A stretch of 63,813 nt of DNA, filler included. It is 8 parts of 8 records of this genome, joined end to end, with 100 filler letters (N's around TTAATTAATTAA, not from the genome) between each part and the next. Parts side by side here need not be neighbours in the genome. Positions count along the whole stretch, not along the records: positions 58,782 to 63,813 come from SRR31147125_35073; 7 more parts are not named here. One strand, given 5' to 3'. Shown here piece by piece: positions 63,315-63,813 of this stretch. The notes under the pieces are model-generated. The model worked only from the letters and a program-made list of their open reading frames with translations. It was not told the origin of the DNA and did no database searches. Within the stretch, counting starts at the first letter, position 1, and every line of letters starts with the position of its first letter. The translations under genes and the position numbers were made by a program.

Positions 63315-63490
63315 AACAGGCAGGTCTTCTGACTCCCGGTTCAACCTAATGACTGCGCCTTCCCGACTTGAGAGTACCTTGGATGTCAGTGACGTCGTGC
63401 AGTGTTCGTCCCGGTTACAGCGGCGGGCCGTCTCCGATTTTCACGGAGTTCCCTTTTAAACCGTTGATTTCTACGGTACCTGATGCGTGA
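63315..63490 (-). ncRNA. Cobalamin (B12) riboswitch
   Basis: Minus strand: AGGT...AAAAGGGAACTCCGTGAAAATCGGAGACGGCCCGCCGCTGTAA...CACTG...GGGAAGGCGC...GAGTCAGAAGACCTGCCT (B12 box); upstream of btuCDF-cbiL. Confidence 0.96.
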
Positions 63491-63519
63491 TCAACTACTA
63501 CCTTTAACGGCTGAGTTTG

Positions 63520-63813
63520 TCAACCGATTGCAAAGGCGAAGTAAATGACGGCCGCGACAATCAGGCTGATGATGCGAAAGGACTGGCTGAACAGGATGAG
63601 TTCGAGGGCGAGTTTCGGTTTGAATATTCCGGCGTAGTACGGAAACTGGTGCCTAACGGCACGAAGTGGTGACGACACGATGTTCCCGATAAGCAGCGCG
63701 ACAACCACCTCGCGGTTGTCGAGAACCCCGTCCTGGAGCAGTGCACCGGCGGCGGCAAGTCCAGCCGTGAGCTCTGCGGCGGCATGCAGGGCGATGATTC
63801 CCATCGCCTGGGG
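63520..63813 (-). CDS. Nucleoside-recognition (Gate) domain membrane protein, C-terminal fragment
   Basis: ALLIGNIVSSPLRAVRHQFPYYAGIF motif. Confidence 0.65.
   Translation of the reverse strand, partial: PQAMGIIALHAAAELTAGLAAAGALLQDGVLDNREVVVALLIGNIVSSPLRAVRHQFPYYAGIFKPKLALELILFSQSFRIISLIVAAVIYFAFAIG

Overview
This is not one locus. It is eight unrelated contigs joined by 100-bp linkers (44 N + TTAATTAATTAA + 44 N) at 5557-5656, 11408-11507, 17392-17491, 28416-28515, 40851-40950, 53388-53487 and 58682-58781, so gene neighbourhood is meaningful only within a contig. Most frameshifts are repaired by adding 1-2 bases to a homopolymer run, typical of pyrosequencing-type under-calls. Taxonomic labels below are inference. 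Contig 1 (GC-rich, spirochaete-like): ymdB end, RseC-like, DUF1820, cheR-cheB, a degenerate DUF151 protein, SDR, cysDN. Contig 2 (AT-rich, Bacteroidota-like): mannose cluster (MFS, GH92, long mannose-6-phosphate isomerase) and an ECF sigma. Contig 3 (spirochaete-like): cdsA-dxr-rseP converging on DUF2232-rplI-dnaB. Contig 4 (unknown phylum): GH2, sugar porter, TlpA, YkgJ, DUF5916 and a hypothetical gene, separated by several families of degenerate non-coding repeats. Contig 5 (Desulfobacterota-like): Cu(I) P1B ATPase, MerR regulator with its own MerR-type promoter, two PAS kinases (one with a NarX-like sensor), a MacB-type ABC module containing a Cys-free thioredoxin-fold protein, an IS1595 remnant and HupE/UreJ. 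Contig 6: putA plus type II glutamine synthetase converging on an rmuC-mltF-adenylation-amino acid ABC-MFS run. Contig 7: ybgF-lysM, methyltransferase, U32 and M48 peptidases. Contig 8: M16 peptidase and a cobalamin-riboswitch-controlled btuCDF-cbiL operon. No CRISPR array, tRNA or rRNA was seen. The best leads for something undescribed are the ABC/His-thioredoxin module, the non-coding repeat families of contig 4 and the self-directed MerR promoter. The eye-catching MFS-GH92 fusion is most likely a one-base sequencing artefact.
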